DNA of 60,432 nucleotides from Mycobacterium phage prophiGD04-1: sequence record MW584209.1; one strand, 5' to 3'. Shown piece by piece: positions 1 to 8,521 of this stretch (position 1 is its first letter; each line of letters starts with the position of its first letter). The notes under the pieces were generated by a model. It saw only the letters and a program-made list of their open reading frames with translations, ran no database searches and was not told where the DNA came from. The position numbers and the translations under genes were made by a program.

Positions 1-52
1 AGCATCCGACTGTTAATCGGACGGTTATTGGTTCGAGTCCAATCGGGGGAGC
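1..52 (+). tRNA. 3' portion of tRNA-Asn (anticodon GTT); attL core. The 5' half would lie upstream of the window
   Basis: Anticodon arm TCCGA-CTGTTAA-TCGGA (anticodon GTT), T-arm ATTGG-TTCGAGT-CCAAT, acceptor 3' strand CGGGGGA; identical copy at 60381-60432. Confidence 0.8.
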
Positions 53-78
53 AGGTCAGACGGTATTTCCAGTTCAGC

Positions 79-101
79 GGTGTAGCCAAGGGTGTAGCCA
101 A
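79..101 (+). promoter_or_regulatory. Tandem GGTGTAGCCAA repeats, candidate integrase arm-type binding sites
   Basis: ggtgtagccaa x2 (79-89, 91-101) just inside attL; similar pair 60268-60291 next to int. Confidence 0.5.
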
Positions 102-206
102 CACCCTTTCCGCGCATCGCATCTGACACTCCATGCGAGTCCACGCCAGCACAGATTGTGCTGGCGTGTTTCGCATTTCAGGCTGTTTGCCTCGCGCAGG
201 CTCGAG

Positions 207-587
207 CTATGCCAGGCGTTCGACGAGCCACAAAATTACGTGCTCGATTGTGATCTCATGCTTGACCAAGCTCTCGACCATTCGGCCGGCCTCGATCGGG
301 TCTGCCCGCGGAGATTCCAGGGGAGACCCGTTCAGGCTTAAAAACGTGGTGCACGCGATCCATGCGGTGCGCTTATTCCCCTCATGGAAGGGGTGGTTGG
401 CTGCGATCCCGCGCAGTAGGACCGCAGCCTTCTCCACCAGAGTCTGGTGGAGGTCTTCGCCGTCCCAGGTGACAAATGGTTGGTTGGCGGCCGATTCAAG
501 GCCTGCCAGGTCCGTCACAGCGTGGTTCCAACCCATCAGACTTTCGTTGATCCCGATGATGGACGCCACGCTGAGCCGTTTGATCAT
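207..587 (-). CDS. doc: Doc (death-on-curing)/Fic-family toxin
   Basis: 126 aa; motif HPFHEGNKRTAW matches the Doc HxFx(D/E)GNKR signature; 4-bp overlap with upstream antitoxin gene. Confidence 0.8.
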   Translation of the reverse strand: MIKRLSVASIIGINESLMGWNHAVTDLAGLESAANQPFVTWDGEDLHQTLVEKAAVLLRGIAANHPFHEGNKRTAWIACTTFLSLNGSPLESPRADPIEAGRMVESLVKHEITIEHVILWLVERLA

Positions 588-1159
588 CTAGTGGCCAGCC
601 ACTCCAGTGTCTCGCTCCACTCCTTGGCTTGGGCTTGGGCTTCAACAGTGACATCGTCGTCATGGGCTTCGACGGCCTGTGTGCGCGGCCGTCGAGGCAC
701 CGGGTCTCCAAGCACGCTGCGGCGCGTGTAGAACGCACGCATTGTCGCGGTGTCGATTTCAGCAGAGCTATGTGCGCCGTAAGGGAGGTCTCCCCGGGCT
801 TGCTGCCACGGCATCTCCCGATGTGTGCGATCGACAAGCTCTTCGCAGCTCAGACGCCCATAAAAGTCCAAGACACTGTCGAGAACGGCCTTTTCTTCGC
901 CAGTCAAAGCGTTGGCATTCCCGCCAGGAATAGCGGACACGGAGTACTGGCGATAGTGCGCCGAGTACAGCCGACGTACTACCGGTCCGTCCCGCCAAGC
1001 CTCGATTGGTTCGAGGAAGAGCGGCTTCCCGTCCCACACCATGCTCCACGCCTGGCCGTAATACACAAGCTTCTGCAGCGACTTAGCCCTGAAGGCTGAC
1101 TGCTCGGCGCCACCTGTGGCGTGCAGGATGTACGCGGCAGCATCTAGAGAAGTGGCCAT
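584..1159 (-). CDS. Panacea/DUF4065 (SocA/GepA-like) antitoxin-type protein, partner of Doc
   Basis: 191 aa; LQKLVYYGQAWSMVWDGKPLF...EAWRDGPVVRRLY resembles DUF4065/Panacea domain; ATGA overlap with doc. Confidence 0.7.
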   Translation of the reverse strand: MATSLDAAAYILHATGGAEQSAFRAKSLQKLVYYGQAWSMVWDGKPLFLEPIEAWRDGPVVRRLYSAHYRQYSVSAIPGGNANALTGEEKAVLDSVLDFYGRLSCEELVDRTHREMPWQQARGDLPYGAHSSAEIDTATMRAFYTRRSVLGDPVPRRPRTQAVEAHDDDVTVEAQAQAKEWSETLEWLATR

Positions 1160-1282
1160 TTGTTTCCATCCTTTCCACTAATGGTGCCTTTGATATACCG
1201 AGTATGACTCCTGTCGACCCGCAACGTTGTACCAATACAGACCGACACGGACGTATTCAGACGTCTGAGGGCCGGTTTCTCC

Positions 1283-1306
1283 TGAAAATTGATGGAACCG
1301 GATTCG
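1283..1306 (+). promoter_or_regulatory. Copy 1 of conserved motif TGAAAATTGATGGAACCGGATT
   Basis: Three same-orientation copies (1283-1306, 1689-1713, 7167-7189) in intergenic DNA flanking the cargo cassettes. Confidence 0.45.
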
Positions 1307-1348
1307 TCCGTCAAGAGGCTAGCGAGGCGTCCTGCATGCGCAGAGGAA

Positions 1349-1582
1349 TCAGCCCTCGCAGGCGACCCCGTCGTTGTCCCGGTCCAGCTTTGGCCGGTAG
1401 CCGGGATCGCCTTTTTTGATGTTGTAGGCGCCGTCGGCATGGGCTTCCTTACAGCTGCCATACGGCGGATCGGCGTGAGTTGGTGCCGTTGCGCCGGCCG
1501 GCCAAGCCGCTGCCGCGGCGACCACCATTCCTCCGATGAACGTGCTGACAACTGCACCGACCGTGAGCTTCATTGCCCCCAA
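1349..1582 (-). CDS. Small secreted Excalibur (calcium-binding) domain protein
   Basis: 77 aa; N-terminal signal peptide; DRDNDGVACE Excalibur motif; GGGGAGG Shine-Dalgarno upstream. Confidence 0.6.
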   Translation of the reverse strand: MGAMKLTVGAVVSTFIGGMVVAAAAAWPAGATAPTHADPPYGSCKEAHADGAYNIKKGDPGYRPKLDRDNDGVACEG

Positions 1583-1688
1583 CCTCCCCGTGATCTTGCT
1601 TGTGGTGAGAGGAATCTACTCGCGATCGAACCTGTCCACAGTCGTTTCACCGGCGCATTCTGTGGCGATCATCGCGTCCGAGTATTTG

Positions 1689-1713
1689 TTGAAATTTGAT
1701 GGAACCAGATTGG
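1689..1713 (+). promoter_or_regulatory. Copy 2 of conserved motif TTGAAATTTGATGGAACCAGATT, ~60 bp upstream of the first gene of the toxin cassette
   Basis: see copy 1. Confidence 0.45.
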
Positions 1714-1772
1714 CCCTAGTGTCGTCGTATCTAGATGAATGCCGGTTGTGATGACGAGAGGCGAGGTGGGCC

Positions 1773-2168
1773 GTGGGTGAGTACAAGTTCGACATCAATG
1801 GGATGTCCCAGGATGCCCGACAGGAAGCCGCTGAGGCTGCTCGCACCACACTGAAGTTCAAGGACGGCTACGGCATGGAGCTCGCCGCGGACATGCTGCG
1901 AGCCCGCGACATCATCGATAAGCAGCTCAAATTGGTAACTAACAGCCAGGACTTATCTCTAGGCGATCTGCCATCGGGCCGCGAGGCTGCGGAGCACTAT
2001 AAGGAGCAACGGCAGCAGGCTTATGCGGCTTTGGTCAAGATCAGGGACCATTACCAGGGGCACGCCGATCACTTCATTGCCACGGAGATGTTGTTCCGCA
2101 ACACCGAGGAACGCAACGCCGGCCGGATAAACCCGTACAAGGACGGAACGGCGACGGTGAGCTACTGA
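1773..2168 (+). CDS. Hypothetical protein, first gene of the WXG100/polymorphic-toxin cassette
   Basis: 131-aa ORF, codon usage consistent with coding, directly abuts next gene. Confidence 0.5.
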   Translation: MGEYKFDINGMSQDARQEAAEAARTTLKFKDGYGMELAADMLRARDIIDKQLKLVTNSQDLSLGDLPSGREAAEHYKEQRQQAYAALVKIRDHYQGHADHFIATEMLFRNTEERNAGRINPYKDGTATVSY

Positions 2169-2770
2169 TGATGCGGATCGGCTTGGCGTGCGCGGCGATG
2201 CTCCTGGCAGCTGGTTGCTCGACCTCGACGGGCATTACAAAGCCGGCCGGCGTCACCAGTTCGGCGTCGCCGTCGGCGTCCGCCACAGCGACGGCGCAGC
2301 CTCAGGTGCCAAGCACCCTGACCGCGCCGCATCCGCCGCCGAACCACTGGAATGACGGGACGAGCTACGACCCGTGCCTGACGTATACGGCTGAGCAGAT
2401 TCGTGCGTGGGGTGTGGATCCGGCACAGGTCGACGATCGGGGCGTAGAAGACAGACAGCTTCGTGGATGCCGTTGGTCCTCTGACGGTTGGTCGGTTGAG
2501 CTGTCTGTCGCCAACACGAAGGTGTCGTCGTACCTGGACGCCAAGCTGTTCGATAACCCGCGGTCTGTAACTGTCGCCGGCTTGCAAGCCGTGCAATACG
2601 ACGGCGGTATCCCTCAGGCTCCCGCGTGCACGGTGATCCTGCCAGTCCAGAACGCGACGGTAGCCGTCGTAGTCGCGATTGTTGACCCGAAGCGGGCTAA
2701 GGGCGTGTCCGATGCGTGTGCGAAATCGATCGAGGTGGCTACTGCGGTGGCGCCGACTCTTCCGAAGTGA
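2168..2770 (+). CDS. Putative lipoprotein
   Basis: Signal peptide with lipobox LAAGC; ATGA overlap with upstream gene. Confidence 0.6.
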   Translation: MMRIGLACAAMLLAAGCSTSTGITKPAGVTSSASPSASATATAQPQVPSTLTAPHPPPNHWNDGTSYDPCLTYTAEQIRAWGVDPAQVDDRGVEDRQLRGCRWSSDGWSVELSVANTKVSSYLDAKLFDNPRSVTVAGLQAVQYDGGIPQAPACTVILPVQNATVAVVVAIVDPKRAKGVSDACAKSIEVATAVAPTLPK

Positions 2771-2782
2771 ATTGGGGTGTGA

Positions 2783-4009
2783 GTGATGGCTGATGATGGC
2801 TGGCAGGGGATGTCGCATCAGGAGATCGTCTCCAAGCTGAGCGGGTTGGGCGTGGAGTCCGCTCGTGCGGAAGCGGACCGCTGGAGCAGCGTCTATGGAG
2901 CTGTGTCTGAGTCGGTGGATACGGCGATGAAGGTGCGCAGCAAGCTGCTTGACTCCGAGTCGTGGTCGGGTGAGGCTGCCAATGCGGCGTATGACGCTGT
3001 CGATCGCACGTATAAGAAGATCGCAGACCCGGATACGGGTTTGGCGGCGGAGGCAGGAAAGCTGAGCCAGGCGGCCGAGCAGGATGGCGAGACGTTGATC
3101 GCCGCTGGTCGGGTGCCGCAGAACTATCCAGTTCCTGATAAGAACGCTTCGAAGGACGAGAAGCAGCAGGCGCTCAACGCGATTCGTGCTGCGGCGCAAA
3201 GCGCGTATACGAATCCGATGTCAACGGACCGCCCCAAGGTCACCGACCCGGATGTGCAACAGCTGGGGCCGACTCCGAATGATCCCGGTGGCGCTGGCGG
3301 TAACGGCGGTGGTGGCTCGGGGGCGGGCGGTTCAGGTAGTGGCACGCAGACCCCGGCGGCGTCCGATGGTTTGGCCAGTAAGGACACTAAGCCGCAGCTT
3401 GCCGGTGGTGAAGGGAAACAGGCCGGCGCGGGCCAAGGTCAAGGCTCCGGTGGCGGGCAAGGCGGTGGTCAGGGTGCTGGCTCGGGTTCCGGTGGTGGTC
3501 AGGGAGCTGGTTCTGGTGGGTCTGGTTCCGGGTTGGGTTCTGGCTCTGGTGGTTCTGGTCTTCCTATCGGTAGTACTACCGCGGCTGGTTACTCGCCGTC
3601 GTCGACCGGTGCAGGCGTCGGCGGGTCGGGTTCAGGTGTGGGCGGTGCCGGTGGTCTGAGTGCGCTGCGCGGTGGTGCGGGCTTGCCGGGCGGCGCCGCG
3701 GCCGGCGCTAGCGGTGGTGGTGTGAACCCCGCGAGCGTGGGTGCTGCCGGGGTACGTGGCATGGGTCCGATGGGGATGATGGGTGGCGGTGCGCACGGCG
3801 GGCACGGCAAGGGTGAGGATGACGATGACCACGCAACGCCGAGCTATTTGATCAATGTCGACAACGGCAACGAATTGTTTGGTGAAACGATCAAGGCTTC
3901 TCCTGGGGTGATCGGGGATTGGACCGAGAACGAGGAAGCCGAGAAAAGGGCGCGCGAGGCTGAGATTCGTCGTTATAAGTCGATGGGGTGGAACGTCAAG
4001 TTTGAGTGA
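2783..4009 (+). CDS. WXG-motif N-terminal domain / Gly-rich linker / short C-terminal domain protein (polymorphic-toxin-like, ESX-type substrate candidate)
   Basis: 408 aa; ESWSGEAANAAY WxG motif near N-terminus; ~250-aa G/S/A-rich low-complexity linker; distinct ~70-aa C-terminal domain. Confidence 0.6.
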   Translation: MMADDGWQGMSHQEIVSKLSGLGVESARAEADRWSSVYGAVSESVDTAMKVRSKLLDSESWSGEAANAAYDAVDRTYKKIADPDTGLAAEAGKLSQAAEQDGETLIAAGRVPQNYPVPDKNASKDEKQQALNAIRAAAQSAYTNPMSTDRPKVTDPDVQQLGPTPNDPGGAGGNGGGGSGAGGSGSGTQTPAASDGLASKDTKPQLAGGEGKQAGAGQGQGSGGGQGGGQGAGSGSGGGQGAGSGGSGSGLGSGSGGSGLPIGSTTAAGYSPSSTGAGVGGSGSGVGGAGGLSALRGGAGLPGGAAAGASGGGVNPASVGAAGVRGMGPMGMMGGGAHGGHGKGEDDDDHATPSYLINVDNGNELFGETIKASPGVIGDWTENEEAEKRAREAEIRRYKSMGWNVKFE

Positions 4010-4056
4010 GAAGCCCAGTCGGACAGGTCGTTTAGCTGTGGGGAAGGGGTAGGGCG

Positions 4057-4365
4057 TTGGGGGATCGTTTGCATGTCGACCCGATAGATCTGTTGATGTC
4101 ATCGGATCGGTTGGCGACGCTCGAGCGTGAGCACAAGGAAGTGCACACGGCGGCCAATGAGACCCTGAAAACTGCGGCGTCGAAATGGATAGGAACCTCG
4201 GCTGCCGCGCTGGAAGGCAAGCTCGGGTTTCTGCAAAAGATCTCGGATAACGTCGAGCACGAGCTGGCACACAACAGCAAGGCACTGCGTCAGATCGGCC
4301 ACGAATTCGAGCGCACCGATGAGATGAACGCCGAACGTATTCTCGTTACCCGGCAGGGACGTTGA
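4057..4365 (+). CDS. WXG100 (Esx-like) family small protein
   Basis: ~100 aa helical hairpin with central W-I-G (KWIGTSAAAL) motif; size and position typical of EsxA/B-like partner. Confidence 0.65.
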   Translation: MGDRLHVDPIDLLMSSDRLATLEREHKEVHTAANETLKTAASKWIGTSAAALEGKLGFLQKISDNVEHELAHNSKALRQIGHEFERTDEMNAERILVTRQGR

Positions 4366-6023
4366 TGGCTATCACCCTCGCCGATATCGAGCGGCTAGAA
4401 GTCGAAACGATCCGTGATGCGGCCAAGGCGCTGGAGAAGCAAGCCGCATCGATGGACGAGACCAAGGCGGGCATTGGGAAGCTACCAATTCAAGGCCGGT
4501 GGACCGGTGTCTCGGCCACTGCCGCGTTCGGCAATCTCGATAGCCTTGGCAAGTTCATGACCATCCATTCCGATGACTACCGGGCTGCGACCAAGGAAAT
4601 GTACGGTGCCGCAGATGGATTCGACGGAGCGCAGCAGCTCTTGAGAACCGTGGATGCATACGCGGCCGATCATGGATTCCGGATCGACAAGAGCAGCGGT
4701 ACCGTCACCGCATTGAACGAGAATCACGATCCCTCCGATATGGAGTACATCGTTTCGACCGCCAAACAGGTGTTGGCCGCAGGGGAGTCTTCTGATGCGC
4801 AGCTGACGCGCGCGGTTGGTCTGCTTGATGGCCCCGATGGCGATTCGGATGCGGGCACGGTGCCCTGGATTCTCGACAAGGCTAAGGAGTTCGCTAAGCC
4901 TGAGGAGTTCACCCGTTGGTGGAACGGCCTCACCGAAGAAGAAAAGCAAGACCTCTACAACCGCGATCACTTCATCGGGAACCATCCCGGCATGCCGTTC
5001 GAGGACCGCACACGATTCAACGAGCGCCACCTCGGCGAACTGACTCACGCCGCGCAGGCCGATGTCGATACATTGCGGGCGCAACACCCCGATTGGGCCG
5101 ACGGGAAGCTGCCGACGAACAAGGGCGGCAATTGGGAGTACCGGCACTGGAAAGAGCAGTGGGACAACGCTAACCACACTCTCTCGGGCTATCAACAGGT
5201 CGGCAAATCCCTGGATTCCAAGGACGGCATGCGCCGCTACCTGGGCTACCTCGATGACAAAGGGCACGCGGCAACATCAATCAACAACCCGGACAACGCC
5301 AAACGCGTCGCCACCTATGTACCCGGAACCGGTCAAGACCTCGCGCGCCTTGAATACAGCACCGAGAAGTCGGAGAAGATGCTGCTGTCGACGTTGAAAG
5401 CAGACCCCTCCTTGCAGCCAAAAGACGTCTCAGTGACCACATGGATGGGCTACGACCGGCCTATGAGCATTCCGGAAGCCGCCTCTACGAGCTACGCCCA
5501 CAACGGGGCCCAGGCGCTTGATGATTTCCAAGCCGGGTTGCGCGCTTCGCACGACGACACGGTGGCTGGAGGAAAGGCCATCCAGACGGTCATTGGCCAC
5601 AGCTACGGATCTACCCTTTTGGGCGGTGCCGCGACTGACGGTCATCATCTGGACGCCAACAACGTAATCACGGTCGGAAGCCCCGGTGTGCTCGCCGACC
5701 ACGCGAAGGACCTCAATCTCGCCCCGGGCGCCAACGTCTTCTCCACTCGCGCGCAGAACGACATCATCGGCGTCGTCACCTACGCGACCCTGGGCCCGGA
5801 TCCCACCGCCGCTCAGTTCGGTGGCATCCCATTCGAAGCAGCACCCGGCCCGGCCGGCATGTTCGGAACCGAAGCCTTGGGTGTTCCCACAATCGGTGGA
5901 CTCGGGGCGCCCTCGATAGAAGCGCACAGCAGCTATTGGGACGCTAAAAACCCCGCGCTGGATAACATGGGCAAGATCATTGCCGGACGCACCGATGTGA
6001 CACCACCGAGGTATACGCCGTGA
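4362..6023 (+). CDS. Polymorphic toxin: N-terminal WXG100-like domain fused to C-terminal alpha/beta-hydrolase (lipase/esterase-like) domain
   Basis: 553 aa; GRWTGVSATAAF WxG motif at N-terminus; GHSYGS serine-hydrolase nucleophile elbow (GxSxG) and downstream Asp/His candidates. Confidence 0.75.
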   Translation: MMAITLADIERLEVETIRDAAKALEKQAASMDETKAGIGKLPIQGRWTGVSATAAFGNLDSLGKFMTIHSDDYRAATKEMYGAADGFDGAQQLLRTVDAYAADHGFRIDKSSGTVTALNENHDPSDMEYIVSTAKQVLAAGESSDAQLTRAVGLLDGPDGDSDAGTVPWILDKAKEFAKPEEFTRWWNGLTEEEKQDLYNRDHFIGNHPGMPFEDRTRFNERHLGELTHAAQADVDTLRAQHPDWADGKLPTNKGGNWEYRHWKEQWDNANHTLSGYQQVGKSLDSKDGMRRYLGYLDDKGHAATSINNPDNAKRVATYVPGTGQDLARLEYSTEKSEKMLLSTLKADPSLQPKDVSVTTWMGYDRPMSIPEAASTSYAHNGAQALDDFQAGLRASHDDTVAGGKAIQTVIGHSYGSTLLGGAATDGHHLDANNVITVGSPGVLADHAKDLNLAPGANVFSTRAQNDIIGVVTYATLGPDPTAAQFGGIPFEAAPGPAGMFGTEALGVPTIGGLGAPSIEAHSSYWDAKNPALDNMGKIIAGRTDVTPPRYTP

Positions 6024-6658
6024 CAACGCGAAGCGTGAAACATATCGGAGCGGCCATCGCTGTGATCTTGACGTTGGCGGCCACGGCCTGTACTCCTGAT
6101 CGCCCGGACCAACAATTGGGGCCGCAGACACCGTCAGGCGCGACCCTCATCCCCGGAGGACCGATGGAACCCACTCCCAAAGTCACTAACCCGAAAATCC
6201 CTGCCAGCCAACAAGAAGCACGTGACACTGTGCTCAAGTACCTGCAGCAGAGCGTCGATGCGCTTCCCGCGGGAAGCACCCTGGACGGCAGCCGCTACGT
6301 AGTCGGAACTGGCACGACTTACTGCGAAGATGAGCCCACAGACCAAAACTCCCCGGTGCACTTTGAAGACTGGCGAGACATAAATCTCCCGCCTGCAACG
6401 GATTTCAACGCCACTATCGCCCACCTCGGCGACGTATGGAAACAGTGGGGCTGGCAAGTGCTCGAACGCGACGGCTTTGCCAAGCCCAATCGTTTCGGCT
6501 ACGCCCCCGACGGCTACACACTACAAATCGAGGCACGCACAGATCCCAAGTTCGCGCCTTCACTGATCGGTGCATCACCGTGTTTTCCCGGCAATCTCCG
6601 AGACGACAGTCTTGGGCGCAACCCTGGATTGATCGTGCAATCAACACCGACGAGCTAG
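6020..6658 (+). CDS. Lipoprotein, candidate immunity protein for the upstream hydrolase toxin
   Basis: Signal peptide + lipobox LAATAC; 4-bp overlap with toxin gene; arrangement analogous to periplasmic lipoprotein immunity to lipase effectors. Confidence 0.55.
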   Translation: MTTRSVKHIGAAIAVILTLAATACTPDRPDQQLGPQTPSGATLIPGGPMEPTPKVTNPKIPASQQEARDTVLKYLQQSVDALPAGSTLDGSRYVVGTGTTYCEDEPTDQNSPVHFEDWRDINLPPATDFNATIAHLGDVWKQWGWQVLERDGFAKPNRFGYAPDGYTLQIEARTDPKFAPSLIGASPCFPGNLRDDSLGRNPGLIVQSTPTS

Positions 6659-6668
6659 GTTCGGAATC

Positions 6669-7145
6669 GTGAACAGGCCTCAGCCCCAACTGGACCCACC
6701 GCGACTTGAGCTGGCGGCCGGCTTGTACGACATGGCTGCCTGGCAGCTCGACACGTTTCTCGATGACGCTGTTGGATACGGGATTTCGCCGCAAGATGCG
6801 GCGTCATTGCAGCTCCTGGTCGATTTGATCAGATGGCAGGCCCAGGGCTATCGGCGACGGGCCGCGACGATGCGCGCCGACGCCGAAATCGTCGCCGCAT
6901 ATTTCGCGGGCGATCCAGTTGTTCCTGACAACCCGGCAGCATTCGAGGCGTCTATCAGCCGATCCGAGGCCCCGCCGTTCCCGCGGCAGTCCACCACCAT
7001 CGATCACGTGCTGCTGCAAGCCGTTCGCGACTCACTTGCAGAGGCCCATGCGGTTCTCTCCCAAGGATGCCGAGCAGAGATGACGCATGCGGCCAAACAG
7101 GCTGCGGCCCTTTACTCTTGGTGCCACCCGCCACTGTCGGTGTAG
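6669..7145 (+). CDS. Hypothetical protein (cassette-associated, possible second immunity)
   Basis: 158-aa ORF with good coding bias, last gene before the non-coding gap. Confidence 0.45.
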   Translation: MNRPQPQLDPPRLELAAGLYDMAAWQLDTFLDDAVGYGISPQDAASLQLLVDLIRWQAQGYRRRAATMRADAEIVAAYFAGDPVVPDNPAAFEASISRSEAPPFPRQSTTIDHVLLQAVRDSLAEAHAVLSQGCRAEMTHAAKQAAALYSWCHPPLSV

Positions 7146-7166
7146 CGGCCAAAAAGCATCCACATA

Positions 7167-7189
7167 GTTGAAAAACGTTGGAACCGAAT
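7167..7189 (+). promoter_or_regulatory. Copy 3 of conserved motif TTGAAAAACGTTGGAACCGAATC
   Basis: see copy 1. Confidence 0.4.
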
Positions 7190-7608
7190 CAGTCTCGGGT
7201 GACGTCGTAGTGGATGTCAGCAGATCCCCGACTGCAGGAGCGTTCAATGATGAGCGATACAGGTACCGGGTTCGACCTAGCCGGATCAAGGTCTAGCGTT
7301 CCTGGCGCGGCCACTGCCCACCGCCAGCACTACTGCCAGCTTCGCTATGTGCACCACTATGTGCACCACTGTTTGATGCATTGCTTGGTGCACGGCGCGA
7401 ATGCACCTGCAATGGCAAATGCGCAGCTAGATGGCCCAAAGTTAGATCCTTGCGACGACCTCGGATCTGTGCTGTAGTTCGGGTCGTGGACATTGTGAAT
7501 CAGCCCCATGTAAGGCGGCGAGCACTCAAGGAGGGCGCTGGCGGACCCCGTTGCGCAGATTTTCAGATGTGATCAAATTATTGAGCGGTAGTTCCGTCAT
7601 TAAGCGGC

Positions 7609-7642
7609 GGGAGCCCCGGGTGCGGCTACACCCGAGGCTCCC
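7609..7642. terminator. Strong GC-rich hairpin (13-bp stem, 1 mismatch, 6-nt loop), candidate I-shaped intrinsic terminator
   Basis: gggagccccgggtg-cggcta-cacccgaggctccc; no U-tract, as is common for mycobacterial terminators. Confidence 0.4.
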
Positions 7643-8521
7643 TGTGACAGAACTACTTTGACTGTTGCTACAGAAAGGCGGTTCGTCGTGCTTGAGGATA
7701 GGTCTCTCGGCCCGAATCTGTCCAGATCGCGCGGATGGGTATTGGTGCAACCGGTGGGCGTCGCGCCCACCTCCGCGGTGCCTGACGACGGGCTTGTGCA
7801 GATGCCTCGGAGAGCGGAATTTCGGGTGAGAAGGCACGCGTCAGCCCGCTTACGGTTGGTGTGTGAAGAAGTTCAGCGCAATGTTGGACCGGTGCCGAGT
7901 TCGGTCTCTACCGTTCCGGCATGATCGGGAAATTTTGGGGTGTGAGGGGGGTGCATATCCCGTGGTGCACTACTTGGGTGAAGAAGATTCGTCCGGTCGA
8001 AGTCGGCGGTGCGAGCAGTGGCGGGAGTTAGGTTCGTTGTGTGCCAGCCCGAACGAGTGGCGCGGCACGGGATCGTGATCGGTGGTGGTCTCATGACCGT
8101 TCAGGTTCGGCGAAACCCATGCGACGATGAGACGAGGAAGGAAGGCGGTTGTGAAAAGTGGCAGAAAAAACTGCAGCGGCCAGCGACTTTGGGTCCTTAG
8201 GATGGATCCGTTCGCTGGAACTGGCGAGATTTTCGGCGTGTCTCGCGAGTGAGTAGACAACCCCGGAAGCCGGGTAGACGATTTACCTAGACATATAGCG
8301 GATGCCCCCAGCCATGCAGGGCCAAGGGCATCCATCGACCGGAACCTCTGGAAAGGGAACAGTCAGTGGAAAATGATAGTGCAAATGACACATCTAGCAC
8401 AGGCCGTGAACATTCGGACGTGCATTTCGGGCACTCCAGCGCCAAGTCCGACGCCATCATCTGGCTAGGTGCAGCGCCGTCTGGGCTCTGGACGGAGGCA
8501 CAGTGGGCCAGGGCTGCTGAC

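Noticed and set aside
133..591. Plus-strand 152-aa ORF overlapping doc
   Set aside because: Antisense shadow of the Doc gene; Arg/Ser-rich nonsense composition, no motif
2162..3199. 345-aa minus-strand ORF (and similar long antisense ORFs at 4482-5267, 5430-6131, 15519-16097, 42435-43262, 43266-43943)
   Set aside because: Typical high-GC antisense open frames opposite well-supported genes; Arg/Pro-rich, no RBS, no domain
3270..3780. Possible CRISPR-like or minisatellite periodicity in GGT/GGC-rich DNA (also 23200-24000, 52600-52800)
   Set aside because: These are in-frame low-complexity Gly- or Gln-coding regions of proteins, not repeat-spacer arrays; no CRISPR array is present in the window
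7214..7477. 87-aa His/Cys-rich ORF (HHYVHHCLMHCLVH) in the non-coding tract
   Set aside because: Third-codon-position GC is mixed (~55%) rather than the strong GC3 of real genes here; no RBS; repeats at DNA level (GTGCACCA) explain the His/Val codons
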